64,000 bases of DNA from Phyllobates terribilis (taxonomy: Eukaryota). This document shows, in pieces, positions 25,905 through 37,100 of the stretch. Numbering within the stretch: position 1 is the stretch's first letter; the number at the start of each line of letters is the position of its first letter. The notes under the pieces are model-generated. The model searched no databases. It saw nothing but the letters and a program-made list of their open reading frames with translations, and was not told where the DNA came from. The stretch is taken from contig NW_027362773.1 in NCBI RefSeq assembly GCF_046119375.1, positions 154,814,001 to 154,878,000 on the forward strand, in the 5' to 3' direction. Both the position numbers and the translations under genes were made by a program.

Positions 25905-26360
25905 CTGTGTATAATGTCACTGGTGATCACTGTATTACCTGTACACTGACACTATATACAGAGCTCCTGTGTATAATGTCACTGGTGATCACTGTATTAC
26001 CTGTACACTGACACTATATACAGAGCTCCTGTGTATAATTTCACTGGTGATCACTGTATTACCTGTACACTGACACTATATACAGAGCTCCTGTGTATAA
26101 TGTCACTGGTGATCCCTGTATTACCTGTACACTGACACTATATACAGAGCTCCTGTGTATAATGTCACTGATGATCACTGTATTACCTGTACACTATATA
26201 CAGAGCTCCTGTGTATAATGTCACTGGTGATCACTGTATTACCTGTACACTGACACTATATACAGAGCTCCTGTGTATAATTTCACTGGTGATCACTAGA
26301 TTACCTGGACACTTACGTTATACATACCATGTATAGAGCTCCCGTGTATAATGACACTTA
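25905..26360. repeat. 62-bp minisatellite, about 7 copies, inside the hAT element
   Basis: ATAATGTCACTGGTGATCACTGTATTACCTGTACACTGACACTATATACAGAGCTCCTGTGT at 25911, 25973 onward. Confidence 0.92.
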
Positions 26361-26867
26361 TGGTAATATTAGTAATGTGGTGGTAATATTAGTAATGTAG
26401 TGGTAATATGTGGTCTGGTCATGGTGTGGCAGTTTTTCTCCCTTCTGTGTGGTATTATTCGGTCACTATGTTGTGGTAATATGTGGTCTGGTCATGGTGT
26501 GGCGGTATTCCCTGTATGTGGTATTATTGGTCATTTAAAAAAAAAATGTATATGACACATTCCCTTAAAGAAAACTAAATAAAATTATATCTAAAAAGAG
26601 TATTGGATATTTTAAGAAAATTTTAATAGGTTAGAGTAGGGCCCGCCCAGAAGAGTCTACCTTATCGTGGTGGCGGCTTTAAAAATCTTTTGGCCAAAAC
26701 AAAAGCTGATGGCTATGTATGTGGCGCCGTCACATGGCCGAACGTCAGGAGAACCTGGTGGCAGCGACGTGGACGAGCGCCAGGATTCTGCAGGGATCGC
26801 ATGGGGGTAAGTATAACAAGTTTTATTTTTTTTAAATACAATTAATTAACTAGGAGTGGGGGGAATG

Positions 26868-27092
26868 GGAGATGCACGGGGGGATGAGAGATGCACATGG
26901 GGGGGGTGAGAGATGCACATGGGGGGGGTGAGAGATGCACATGGGGGGGTGAGAGATGCACATGGGGGGGTGAGAGATGCACATGGGGGGTGAGAGATGC
27001 ACGGGGGGTGAGAGCTGCACATGGGTGGGATGAGAGCTGCACATGGGTGGGATGAGAGCTGCACATGGGGGGGTGAGAGATGCACATGGGGG
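26868..27092. repeat. G-rich minisatellite (GAGAGATGCACATGGGGGGGGT, about 22 bp) inside the hAT element
   Basis: Read directly; related to the 24495 array. Confidence 0.88.
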
Positions 27093-27187
27093 GTTATGTT
27101 TACATAACTTTGTTGCCTTATGAAGGGCAGGGGGGGCCCCCCAAAATTTCTTGCACAGGGGCCCACTACAGTCTGTGTCCGCCCCTG

Positions 27188-27365
27188 ATTCATTGTACAG
27201 GAAGAGGTGAGCTGTGATATCACCTATTGTGAATGATGGATCCTGTGTTATCTGCTGTATATAGAGGTGTTATCAGTCATTGTACAGGAGGAGGGGGAGG
27301 AGAGCTGTGACATCTATTGTGAATGATGGATCCTGTGCTGTGTATAGAGGTGTTACCAGTCATTG
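27188..27365 (+). repeat. Last two units of the 90-bp satellite, right of the hAT insertion
   Basis: ATTCATTGTACAGGAAGAGGTGAGCTGTGATATCACC continues the interrupted unit. Confidence 0.92.
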
Positions 27366-27639
27366 TTATTCGGCCTCTGATGATAATGAACCTGCTGAAC
27401 ACTCTTCCTCAGAGCACAGCACAGAGTCTACATTAGCCTCAGTGGCCGGTGTGAAAACTGATTACTGGACTTTTTCTTTTTATTATACCACAAACATCCA
27501 TTGGAGGGGTTAAACAGCAGTGATGGTCGCCCCTTCATACACTGCACCGAGGAATACCGGCAGGTGATGGCGCTGACAGCGGCGGAGTGACGGCAGAAAA
27601 GCGGAGAATCCCCGGCGCCGTCTCCTCCGCATTATCAAG

Positions 27640-28067
27640 CTCTCCTGGGTTGGGGCGTGTCCCTGTAGTGTAGGGGCGTGTCTAGTAATCATAAGGGGCG
27701 GGGATTAATCTGACAGTAGGATTACAAATGATGGGGCGTGGCCTTACTTGGTAAAGTCGTGGTCTGACATTGAAAAGGGGCGGAGTTACGTGTCGCCCTT
27801 CTCGTTTGGACTCGTGGGGAGGCGGGGTCACAGCTTGCAGTGGGCGGTCTCTATCAGGAGGAGGCGTGGCAGATGTTCATTTGTTGCATTTCACCTTATA
27901 GAAATCCAGGATGGGGTTTTCAAGGAGGCGTGGTCTGTCAATGACAGGGCGGAGCTTTCGCGCGCCTAATGCAGGATAGGGCGTGGTCTCGTGTTTACGT
28001 GGGCGGTGTCTGTCAATGGGAAGGGGAGGAGTCACGCCTGCTCAGCTGGTCGGCTCCAAGATGGCGG
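27640..28067 (+). promoter_or_regulatory. FBXO3: FBXO3 CpG-rich TATA-less promoter: about 12 Sp/KLF GC boxes and a YY1 site overlapping the ATG
   Basis: Repeated GGGGCGTG/GGGCGG/AGGCGTGG; CCAAGATGGCGG at 28056-28067. Confidence 0.75.
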
Positions 28068-28152
28068 GGAGCACGGAGCTGAGTCTGGCGGAGCTGCCGT
28101 CCGACCCGCTGCTTCTGATCCTGTCGTACCTGGACTTCCGGGACCTGCTGAG
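28061..28152 (+). CDS. FBXO3: FBXO3 exon 1 (F-box start)
   Basis: MAGSTELSLAELPSDPLLLILSYLDFRDLL; donor GTATCT 28153. Confidence 0.95.
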
Positions 28153-31100
28153 GTATCTGTGGCGGCTGCTCCGCCGTGCGTCATCACTGACCGGACAGCG
28201 AATCCCTAAGGACGGCGGAGATCCCTGCACTTATTGCTGTGGATTTATTAATGTCGCCATGACGACGCCTTGTCCGTCACTGTATGCAGGGGGGTTCGCG
28301 TCTTTCCGTCACTGTATACGGGGGGCTCTCATATGTCCGTCACTGTATGCAGGGGGGCTCGCGTCTGTCCGTCACCGTGTACGCGGGGGGCTCTCATATG
28401 TCCGTCACTGTATGCAGGGGGGCTCGCGTCTGTCCGTCACCGTGTACGCGGGGGGCTCTCATATGTCCGTCACTGTATGCAGGGGGGCTCGCGTCTGTCC
28501 GTCACCGTGTACGCGGGGGGGGGCTCTCATATGTCCGTCACTGTATGCAGGGGGGCTCGCGTCTGTCCGTCACCGTGTACGCGGGGGGGGGCTCTCATAT
28601 GTCTGTCACTGTATGCAGGGGGGCTCTCGTCTGTCCGTCACCGCGTACGCGGGGGGGGCTCTCGTCTGTCCGTCACGGCGTACGCGGGGGGGGGCTCGCA
28701 TCTGTCCGTCAGTGTGTACGGGGGGGGGGCTCGTGTCTGTCCGTCAGTGTGTATGGGGGGGGGGCTCGCGTCTGTCCGTCACCGTGTACGCGGGGGGGGG
28801 GCTCGCGTCTGTCCGTCACCGTGTACGCGGGGGGGGGGCTCTCGTCTGTCCGTCACCGTGTACGCGGGGGGGGGCTCTTGTCTGTCCGTCACCGTGTACG
28901 CGGGGGGGGGCTCTTGTCTGTCCGTCACCGTGTACGCGGGGGGGGGGGGCTCTTGTCTGTCCGTCACCGTGTACGCGGGGGGGGGCTCTCGTCTGTCCGT
29001 CACCGTGTACGCGGGGGGGGGGGGGCTCTCGTCTGTCCGTCACCGTGTACGCGGGGGGGGGGGGCTCTCCTCTGTCCGTCACCGTGTACGCGGGGGGGCT
29101 CTCATCTGTCGTCACCGTGTACGGGGGGGGCAGCTCGCGTCTGTCCGTCAGTGTGTACGGGGGGGCTCGCGTCTGTCTGTCACCGTGTATGCGGGGGGGG
29201 GGCTCTCGTCTGTTCGTCACCGTGTACGCGGGGGGGGGGCTCTCGTCTGTTCGTCACCGTGTACGCGGGGGGGGGGGCTCTCGTCTGTCCGTCACCGTGT
29301 ACGCGGGGGGGGGGGGCTCTCGTCTGTCCGTCACCGTGTACGGGGGGGGGGGGGGCAGCTCGCGTCTGTCCGTCAGTGTGTACGGGGGGGGGGCTCGCGT
29401 CTGTCTGGTTGGTGCTGCGGGATAATGATCGGAATGACAGCAACTCGTCCGTGGACAAAACGGGGTACGTGGGGGCAGTTTTATCATGACTGTGTGCACT
29501 TCACAAGTTGTTTATCTGCGGAACCACATACTACACCTCAGCTGCTGCGGCGCGTCGCGATAACCCTGCTCTGCCATCTTGTTGCAGATTTAATGCCCAG
29601 CTTGCAAAGAATAAAAGCTGTGAATTTTCCTATCGCAACTCCCCTCCCCCTACATGTCCAGGGCCTGACCATTTGATTCCGGACGTTGCCTGTGCACCTG
29701 GGTGGCGCTATTCTGGTAGATGGAGGCTCGCTCTCCCTCCTGATCTTTGCCTCTCGCTGTCGTTCTGCATCGTCTGTATTTGCACATGGAGCCGAGAGAT
29801 AAGCCACCGTTATCAGAGCGGTCCCCCGCAGGGATCGGTATCTCTTGGGGACAGATCCTTGGAGCTGTAAACAGCCCCCCCCCCCTCCATTTGTCGGGCT
29901 CTTCGGTGGTTCCTGACGCTGTGGTATTATTGGGGGTGACGGTGCCCCCTCTCTGGGCTGACGTAGGGAGCCCCTCTGTGTTACCACCACCTATACGCCA
30001 TGGTTAATATTGACTGTGGCACCTAGGGGGTTAAAACAGGAGGGGTTGGAGCAGATTGCAGGAGGCAGTGACCACCTGATCATGATGGATCTCTCCATTA
30101 ATAATCTGATTGGGGTCCCTCCTTATTAACCCTGCGACTGCCGTTGGGTTTCCCCGTAATCATTTCCTATTTTTTTTTTTATATATTCTTACAGCTGCAG
30201 CCTCCTGAACAGAAGATTTAACCAACTGTGCAACCACGATCCCCTGTGGAAATGGCCGTGTCGGAGGTACTGGCTGGTGTCAGAGTAAGTGGGCACAGCA
30301 GCGGTTTTAAGGATTTGGGGGTTCAGCAAAAGGAGTCCACAGCGGACGACGTAAATCCTCAGGGAGATCCAGCGGCAAAATCCACCCGGAGTTACATGCA
30401 GATGTGTCACATATATGCCGCGGATTTAACGCCACGACATATCGGGTTCTGTTTTGCAGCTTTTTTTTTTATTTTTTTAAAGGGGTTGTCCACCTATGGG
30501 TCATAAATTTTTATATTTTTTTTATGCATGGATGTGGGTCTTAAAATAATTTTTGTAATTCGATTGCATTAAAGATTTGGCTTTTACAGGTTCTTTATTT
30601 CTCTTGACCTTAAACTTTGATGAAAGGAGCTCAGGAAAAGAAAAGTTTCAAACTCTCCTCTCAGACATCAGCAGGCGCTCACTGATGGATTCTCAGTTGA
30701 CTCATTCTGCAGTGAGCAATAGACAAAGCAACATAGAGGCTGTTGCAGGGAAAATGAACAAAATGTTTAAAATAATGCAACTTCAAAAATCTTTTTTTTT
30801 TTCGCCACAAGTACATGCATTTAAATAAAAGAAGTCTCCCTTTAATGGCCGCATGGTGATCGCTAGTTCTCTGTACATCCATTAGTAAGAAAAGTGCTTT
30901 TAGCTGCTGTCCGTTGAGCGTGGCTGCTCCTTGTGCGAACGCAGCCCTAAAGGGGTTTACGAAATTGGGGGTGTTTTATTAAACTTTCCTGTTGCAGCTT
31001 TTATTTTATGAAGCGCCTCTGAAAAATTCAGATTATATTGATGTCCAATAAAGTCTAGTTTCTTCTTCCAGGGACAAGAAGGCGCAGAAGAACTGCAGCT

Positions 31101-34100
31101 GGAAGGCAACTTTTTTGGAATATTATAATGATTTGGGACGATATATGCATCATTACGCCAAGCTGAAGGCGGCCTGGGACACCCTGAAGGCCTATCTGGG
31201 AGAACACTGCCCCAGAATGATCAATTCCCTGAAAGGTATCGTATACAGGAGAAGTATTTGTTATATTATACCTCCCAGAGCTGCATTCATACTTCTGCTG
31301 GTCACTGCACACATGCACTGTGCTGAGGATGTTGCCGACTGTTGGGTACAAGCCCGATGCGCTCACTACATCCTGACAATGCAGCGCAGCAGAAAATGCT
31401 CCTTCCAGACTGATGTCATACTGCAGAATCGTGAATGCAGCTCTGGATTGGAGCAAATGGTAAAACAGGCTAGAAGCCAAGACAATCGGGCATTTAAGAT
31501 AATCAATAGTCTGCACGGTTTGGGTTTTGTGACTGTTGCAGCCACGTTATATTGCTTCTATTTATGAGTGATGTTTGCACGGTCATTTTTGCAATGTTTG
31601 ACGCTGTGACTAAATGTCACCTGAGCCTGATTCCGTTTCCCACGGCCTCCGCTCCCATCGTCTTCCTCGCAGACGGCGTGCAGGAGGAGGATCTTGACAC
31701 CATCGAGGAAAGAATCGGCTCCAGACTTCCTGACGATTATCGCTGTTCTCTGCGGATTCACAACGGGCAGAAGCTCGTGGTACCCGGGTAAGAGCCGGCA
31801 CCCGATGGCGCAGCTGCTGCTTTACTTCTTGCTGTCGTACGTCTCTTACCGTCATCTCCCCGCAGCTTGATGGGCAGCATGGCCTTATCCAACCACTACC
31901 GGTCTGAGGACTTGTTGGACGTAGACACGGCGGCGGGCGGCTACCAGCGCAGGATCGGCCTCAATCAGTGCCTTCCCATCACCTTCTGCATCCACACCGG
32001 CCTCAGTCAGTACTTGTCTCTGGCCGACACGGAGGGCAGGTGTCGCAATGAGATCTTCTATCAGTGTCCGGTAAGAGACTACAAGTCCCAGCTATGCCGC
32101 TATACCACTCCTGCCATATGTAACAACCTGCTGATGGTTTCCCTTTGGGGTTCATTCTTACTGCGTCCTACAATTTTGAGATCCATAAGCAATTCCCTAT
32201 TATACTACCATTTGCGCAACTGACACGTCCATAGTACGGTGTGATCTCTGATTGCTCCAGCGTGTAAGTGGTTAATTCTAGGGTGTACAGACCATTGCAT
32301 AACTGCCTATAGCGGGGGCACTGATTAATGATTGGCTGCCCCCTTTATTTCCCTATGGTCAGCCCCCTGTTTCCCCCTAAGGGAAATCAGAACCACTGAT
32401 TTTTATGGGTGTTTATTTTTATTAAAAGGGGTCCCCGCAGCCCCCGTCTCCACTAATGGCTCATCAGGTGGTGGACGACAGCTCATTATCGGGGTCCGCA
32501 GTATACAGGACCAAGTTGTGTACCCTTTTAAATGAAGACCTTTTACATAATACAGGGCTGCCATCAATGTTCCGGGTTTTATTCCTTACCATGATATTTA
32601 TTAGGACGCTTGTAATGAAAGATGTGAAATTCTGTTTTAGGACCAGACGACACATAATCCCGCAGCCCTGGACATGTTTATTACAGGTAGGATCTGCGAC
32701 GGCCAGAAAAGGCCTTTAAATCCCATAAAAATATATATATATTAAAGGGGTTGTGCACTATTGGACTACCCCTTCTGAATATGCCCAATAAAATGTTTTA
32801 AAAAAATAAAAAAGAAAATTACCTTCTGGACCGGCCATGCTCCTGCAATGTGACCAGCAGCGATCCTATGACTTCCATTTGACACTGAATTGTGGAGGCT
32901 GCAGACAATCAGTGGCTGGTTGGTTGCAGCGCTCATGTGACATAAGCAATGTCACAAGATCGCCAGAGGTCACAGCACGACTAGCAGTCTCAGTCCAGGA
33001 GGATGTGGGGATATTCAATTTGTCTAATGGTAGATAACCCCTGGACCTGCTGATTTGGATCCGAGCATTGATTATGGGGATCTCTCAATGACATGTTGGC
33101 GAGAGAAAAGTCAGCAGGTGTGTTTCTTCTCCCTTGATCCTTTTGTTCCCAGGGGAGATGAATCACCACTGGAGACTGACTGCGATTTACTCCCTCATTG
33201 GGACGCTGCACGCTCCGCAGAAATGATCCCGCATGTGTGCGGAGGGGTCGGCATGAACCCTGTGATTTCGCGTTCTCACATCTGTTTCCTCTGCCGCAGG
33301 TACCTCTTTCACCCAGTGGTTTACGTCGTATGTGAATCATGTCGTCTCGAAGGACTATCCCATCATCCGGGACCAGATTTTCAGGTAACGCGGACTGAGT
33401 CCGTCACTATTGCGGGTCTTGTCTGGTTTCACTGTGTACCTAAGATTTTTCCTATATATAAATGTCAATCTCTCCGTTTGCTGTCGGTGAATAAATGCAT
33501 TCTTTAAATCCAGATCATGTCCAGCTGACACAAGTGTGACCATACATGAAGCCTGTGGTCATTTTTTTTTTTTTTCCTCTACGGGCACCTTTTTTACAAA
33601 AACTGTGACGGCCGCTGTGAATACAGGCAGCGTTACACTTGATGCCGGTGCTAGGCTGGATGCGATTTATGACTTTTCAGCCCCCAAAAAAGGTGTCCAT
33701 CCATTGACAGCAAGCCTGGAATACCAACAATGGTGCAGAATTAACATACAAAATTTTTAGAAAAGTTGCAGAACTATTTACTATTGTGATTGAGCTTTTT
33801 CCATACATGGATAGTCCAAACATTTGCTGCGGTCTGGAAATTGCATTGGTTCATTAAGCGAGGGACCATCCGGGTGGCGCTAGACTTAGACTTTAGAATA
33901 TATCGTCGTTATTGCATGCTGGCGCGGCTGTGACTTAAGCAGAGCCGTACACATAATCCGTCCATTCCTCCTCTCGGACACAGTTGTCTCGCCTAGTAAT
34001 TTGGGAGTCCAGGACCCCTGTTTAAAATAGAAAGGGGGTTGCAAAAAAATAGAACTACCGATCTATATACATGTGTGGAACATTACGTGGGTGTGGTGTA

Positions 34101-37100
34101 ATCACGGCTGTCTATTATAGACTTCTGCCCTCTTAGTTTTACCTATTCCCCCGTTTTCGCTGCCAGGTACGAGCGGGAAAACGACTGCGTGGCCACTACT
34201 GACGACATCACCATATCCGTCTCCACGTCCTTCCTGCCTGAGCTCAGCTCCATCCACCCTCCACACTACTTCTTCACCTACAGAATACGGTGAGTACACA
34301 GAGCCGGTCTGTATATGGATGGTATATAGCCATTTTAACTCCTTAATGACCTATGACTGATAAAGGAGCGCAGTTTGCTCCACACAGGGCAGGTGCTTGC
34401 TGTGCTATACAGCTAGCACCTGCCTCTAACAGCAGCGACCAGAACTAGCTCCAATCGTTGCTATTTCAGTCCTGTCGATCACCTACGGCGGCATTTAAAT
34501 GGTAAGAAAGGACGCAGGCGACCATTCATATTTGCCTGCAATACAAGTTCATTACCATAGCACCCCAGGGACCTGACAAAGGCCCCCCGTCACAGCTATC
34601 TTGGCGCTCGTAAGGTGGGGGTCATGGGAGATGGTTATTTGTACTGAAGAATTGCAGTATAATAGTATGAATGATCGCAGGGTCAAGTCTCCTGACAAGG
34701 ACTAAAAAAAATGTAATTAAAAAATGGCCCAGAGCAAATTAAAAACAAAGTTCAGAATTTTTTTTTTAAAGCAGTAAGATAAAAGGAATCAAACTGTATA
34801 AATGTATTATCTCCGGTTATTGTTACCATGCAATAAACATAAAAATGCAATAACAAAAAAACGTAGTTGCTTGGGTCTTATCTGCACGGTGCAGCAAGAC
34901 GTTTAAAAGGAAGTGATGGCGCATCTCGGGTGACTTTTATCTTTTTCTTTTTGTTGCTCCTTTTATTTCCCAGGATGGAGATGGCCAAGAATGCATTGCC
35001 AGAGAAAGCGTGCCAGCTGGATAGCCGCTACTGGAGAATCACTGATGCCAAAGGGAATGTGGAGGAGGTGCAGGGACCGGGCGTGGTGGGTGAGTGACGG
35101 TCATAGATGGATCCTACAGAGGATGCATCTGTTAGGGGGATGCTGGTCATGGACTCATAGGGGCTGTCCGGGCACAGGTATCATACAGGTGGGAGTCTGG
35201 CACCCCGTCCAGTCTGGAGTTTTCTCTTGCAGCGTAGTTTCTTGTTCTTTTTGAAAAGTGTTCAAGGTGTATAAATCCGGCAGACGCCAGAGTAAACGAC
35301 CAGATCGGAGGGGTAAGACTCCCGCCGCCCCATCAATCTGAACAGGTCATCAATACTTGTGCCAGGACAACCCCTTTTAATCAGATTTTATGTGTATAAC
35401 TTGTCTTAATGCAGAAACTGAGAAGCCATTGGGTTGTTGTATTTTCTAGTATCGTTTTATCTTAATTGACGCAGGTAAGTTGCACCATAATTAGGACCTC
35501 TCTACTGCCCCCCCGCCAATTGCTAAATTTAAAGGGATGCTCCCATCTCGGTAAGTATCGGCTGATTTCTGAGACCCTCTACAATCCCGAGAATGATGAG
35601 GCGGAGACTCTGATAGTTTTGGGGCTTCCAGACACTTGGGAACATACTGGTCTACAGGGAAACCTGAACACAGCACTGCCATATTTCTCAATATTGGAGG
35701 TCGGACCCCCAGCAATCCATAAGTGCACCCACGCTGCTCCGCTGAGAGTTGTGCTCCATCAGCTCACTTTTCTGAGACTTGAGCCTTGATATCAAACTCT
35801 ACATTGACTTCATTGAGCTCTGGTGGAGGAGAAAAATGCAAAGCTCCACCATGACAAGCCTCCAAACTGTCAGATGATATCTGGGACACTACAGCGCTCT
35901 ACACCATGTAGTTGCCGATCTCGGTACTGCTGCTCTAATCTGCAGTACTGAAAACAGCAACTACAGTGTACAAAGCTGTGCTGATCAGGGGGCTCAGACC
36001 CCCAATGACATATTGATGACCTTATCCTAAGGACTTCCTTAGCAAGTCTTCATTTTATTCTTTCAGGTGATTACCCCCAACTGAGGCCGGGGCGCGGATA
36101 CGAGTACACTAGCTGCACGACTTTCTCTACAACCTCAGGGTATATGGAGGGGACGTATACATTTCACCGTATGGACAACAGAGGCGAGGTCTTTAATGTC
36201 ACCATCCCCCGCTTTCACATGAAATGTCCTACATTTCGAGTGTCTACCATTTCTACAGTAAGTAGCAGCGAGACTGCAGATCATGCACCAATAAAGGCAA
36301 ACGCCCCCTACTGTCTGTCTGGAGTTTGTGCCCCGGGAACAGTCTTATGTGGAACAGATGAGGGTCTTCCCCAAACTGTTCCCACAAAGCTGAAGCTACA
36401 ATTGTCCACAATGTTTTGAACTGAAGATTAAGATTTCCCATCACTGGAGCTGAGGGTCCGCGGCCCCCCCCCCCTGATAACAGCCCATAGCGTCATCCTC
36501 CTCCACAATCTGTACAGCGGCACAATGCAGTCAGGGGGTAACATCCTCCTGGAATCACCAAACCCAGACTCCTCCATCAGACGCAGATAGAGAAGTGCGA
36601 TCCATCACTGCACAGAACACGTCTCCTCCAGAGTCCAGTGGTGGCGGCTTTACACCACTCCATCCGACTCTCTGCATTGTGCTTGGTGATATACGGCTGC
36701 AGGCAGCTGCTCGGCCATGAAGCTCCCGGCGGGGGCGCAGTGCTTGTCCTAATATCAGAGGAGAAGTAGAAAATGAGGCCACTGGAAAACTGTCTAAATA
36801 CAATTGTGTATTGGAATCCAGTCTCCAGCATGAAATCCAAAAAGATAATTTGTCAGTTCTTCAGTACAAAAAGTGAAACTCATTATATAGTCATTCCACA
36901 CAGAGAGATCTATTATATAGAGTCATTACACACAGAGGGATCTATTATATAGAGTCATTACACGCAGAGGGATCTATTATATAGAGTCATTACACGCAGA
37001 GGGATCTATTATATAGAGTCATTACACACAGAGGGATCTATTATATAGAGTCATTACAGACAGAGCGATCTATTATATAGAGTCATTACACACAGAGGGA

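Larger units (their letters stand above)
24077..27187. mobile_element. Non-autonomous hAT-type element, 3111 bp
   Basis: TIR CAGGGGCGGA / TCCGCCCCTG; 8-bp TSD ATTCATTG at 24069-24076 and 27188-27195; no transposase ORF. Confidence 0.92.

Noticed and set aside
27983-29676. 400-480-aa Gly/Arg-rich ORFs overlapping FBXO3 exon 1
   Set aside because: Read-through past the GT donor at 28153 into a GC-rich VNTR that is open in several frames.
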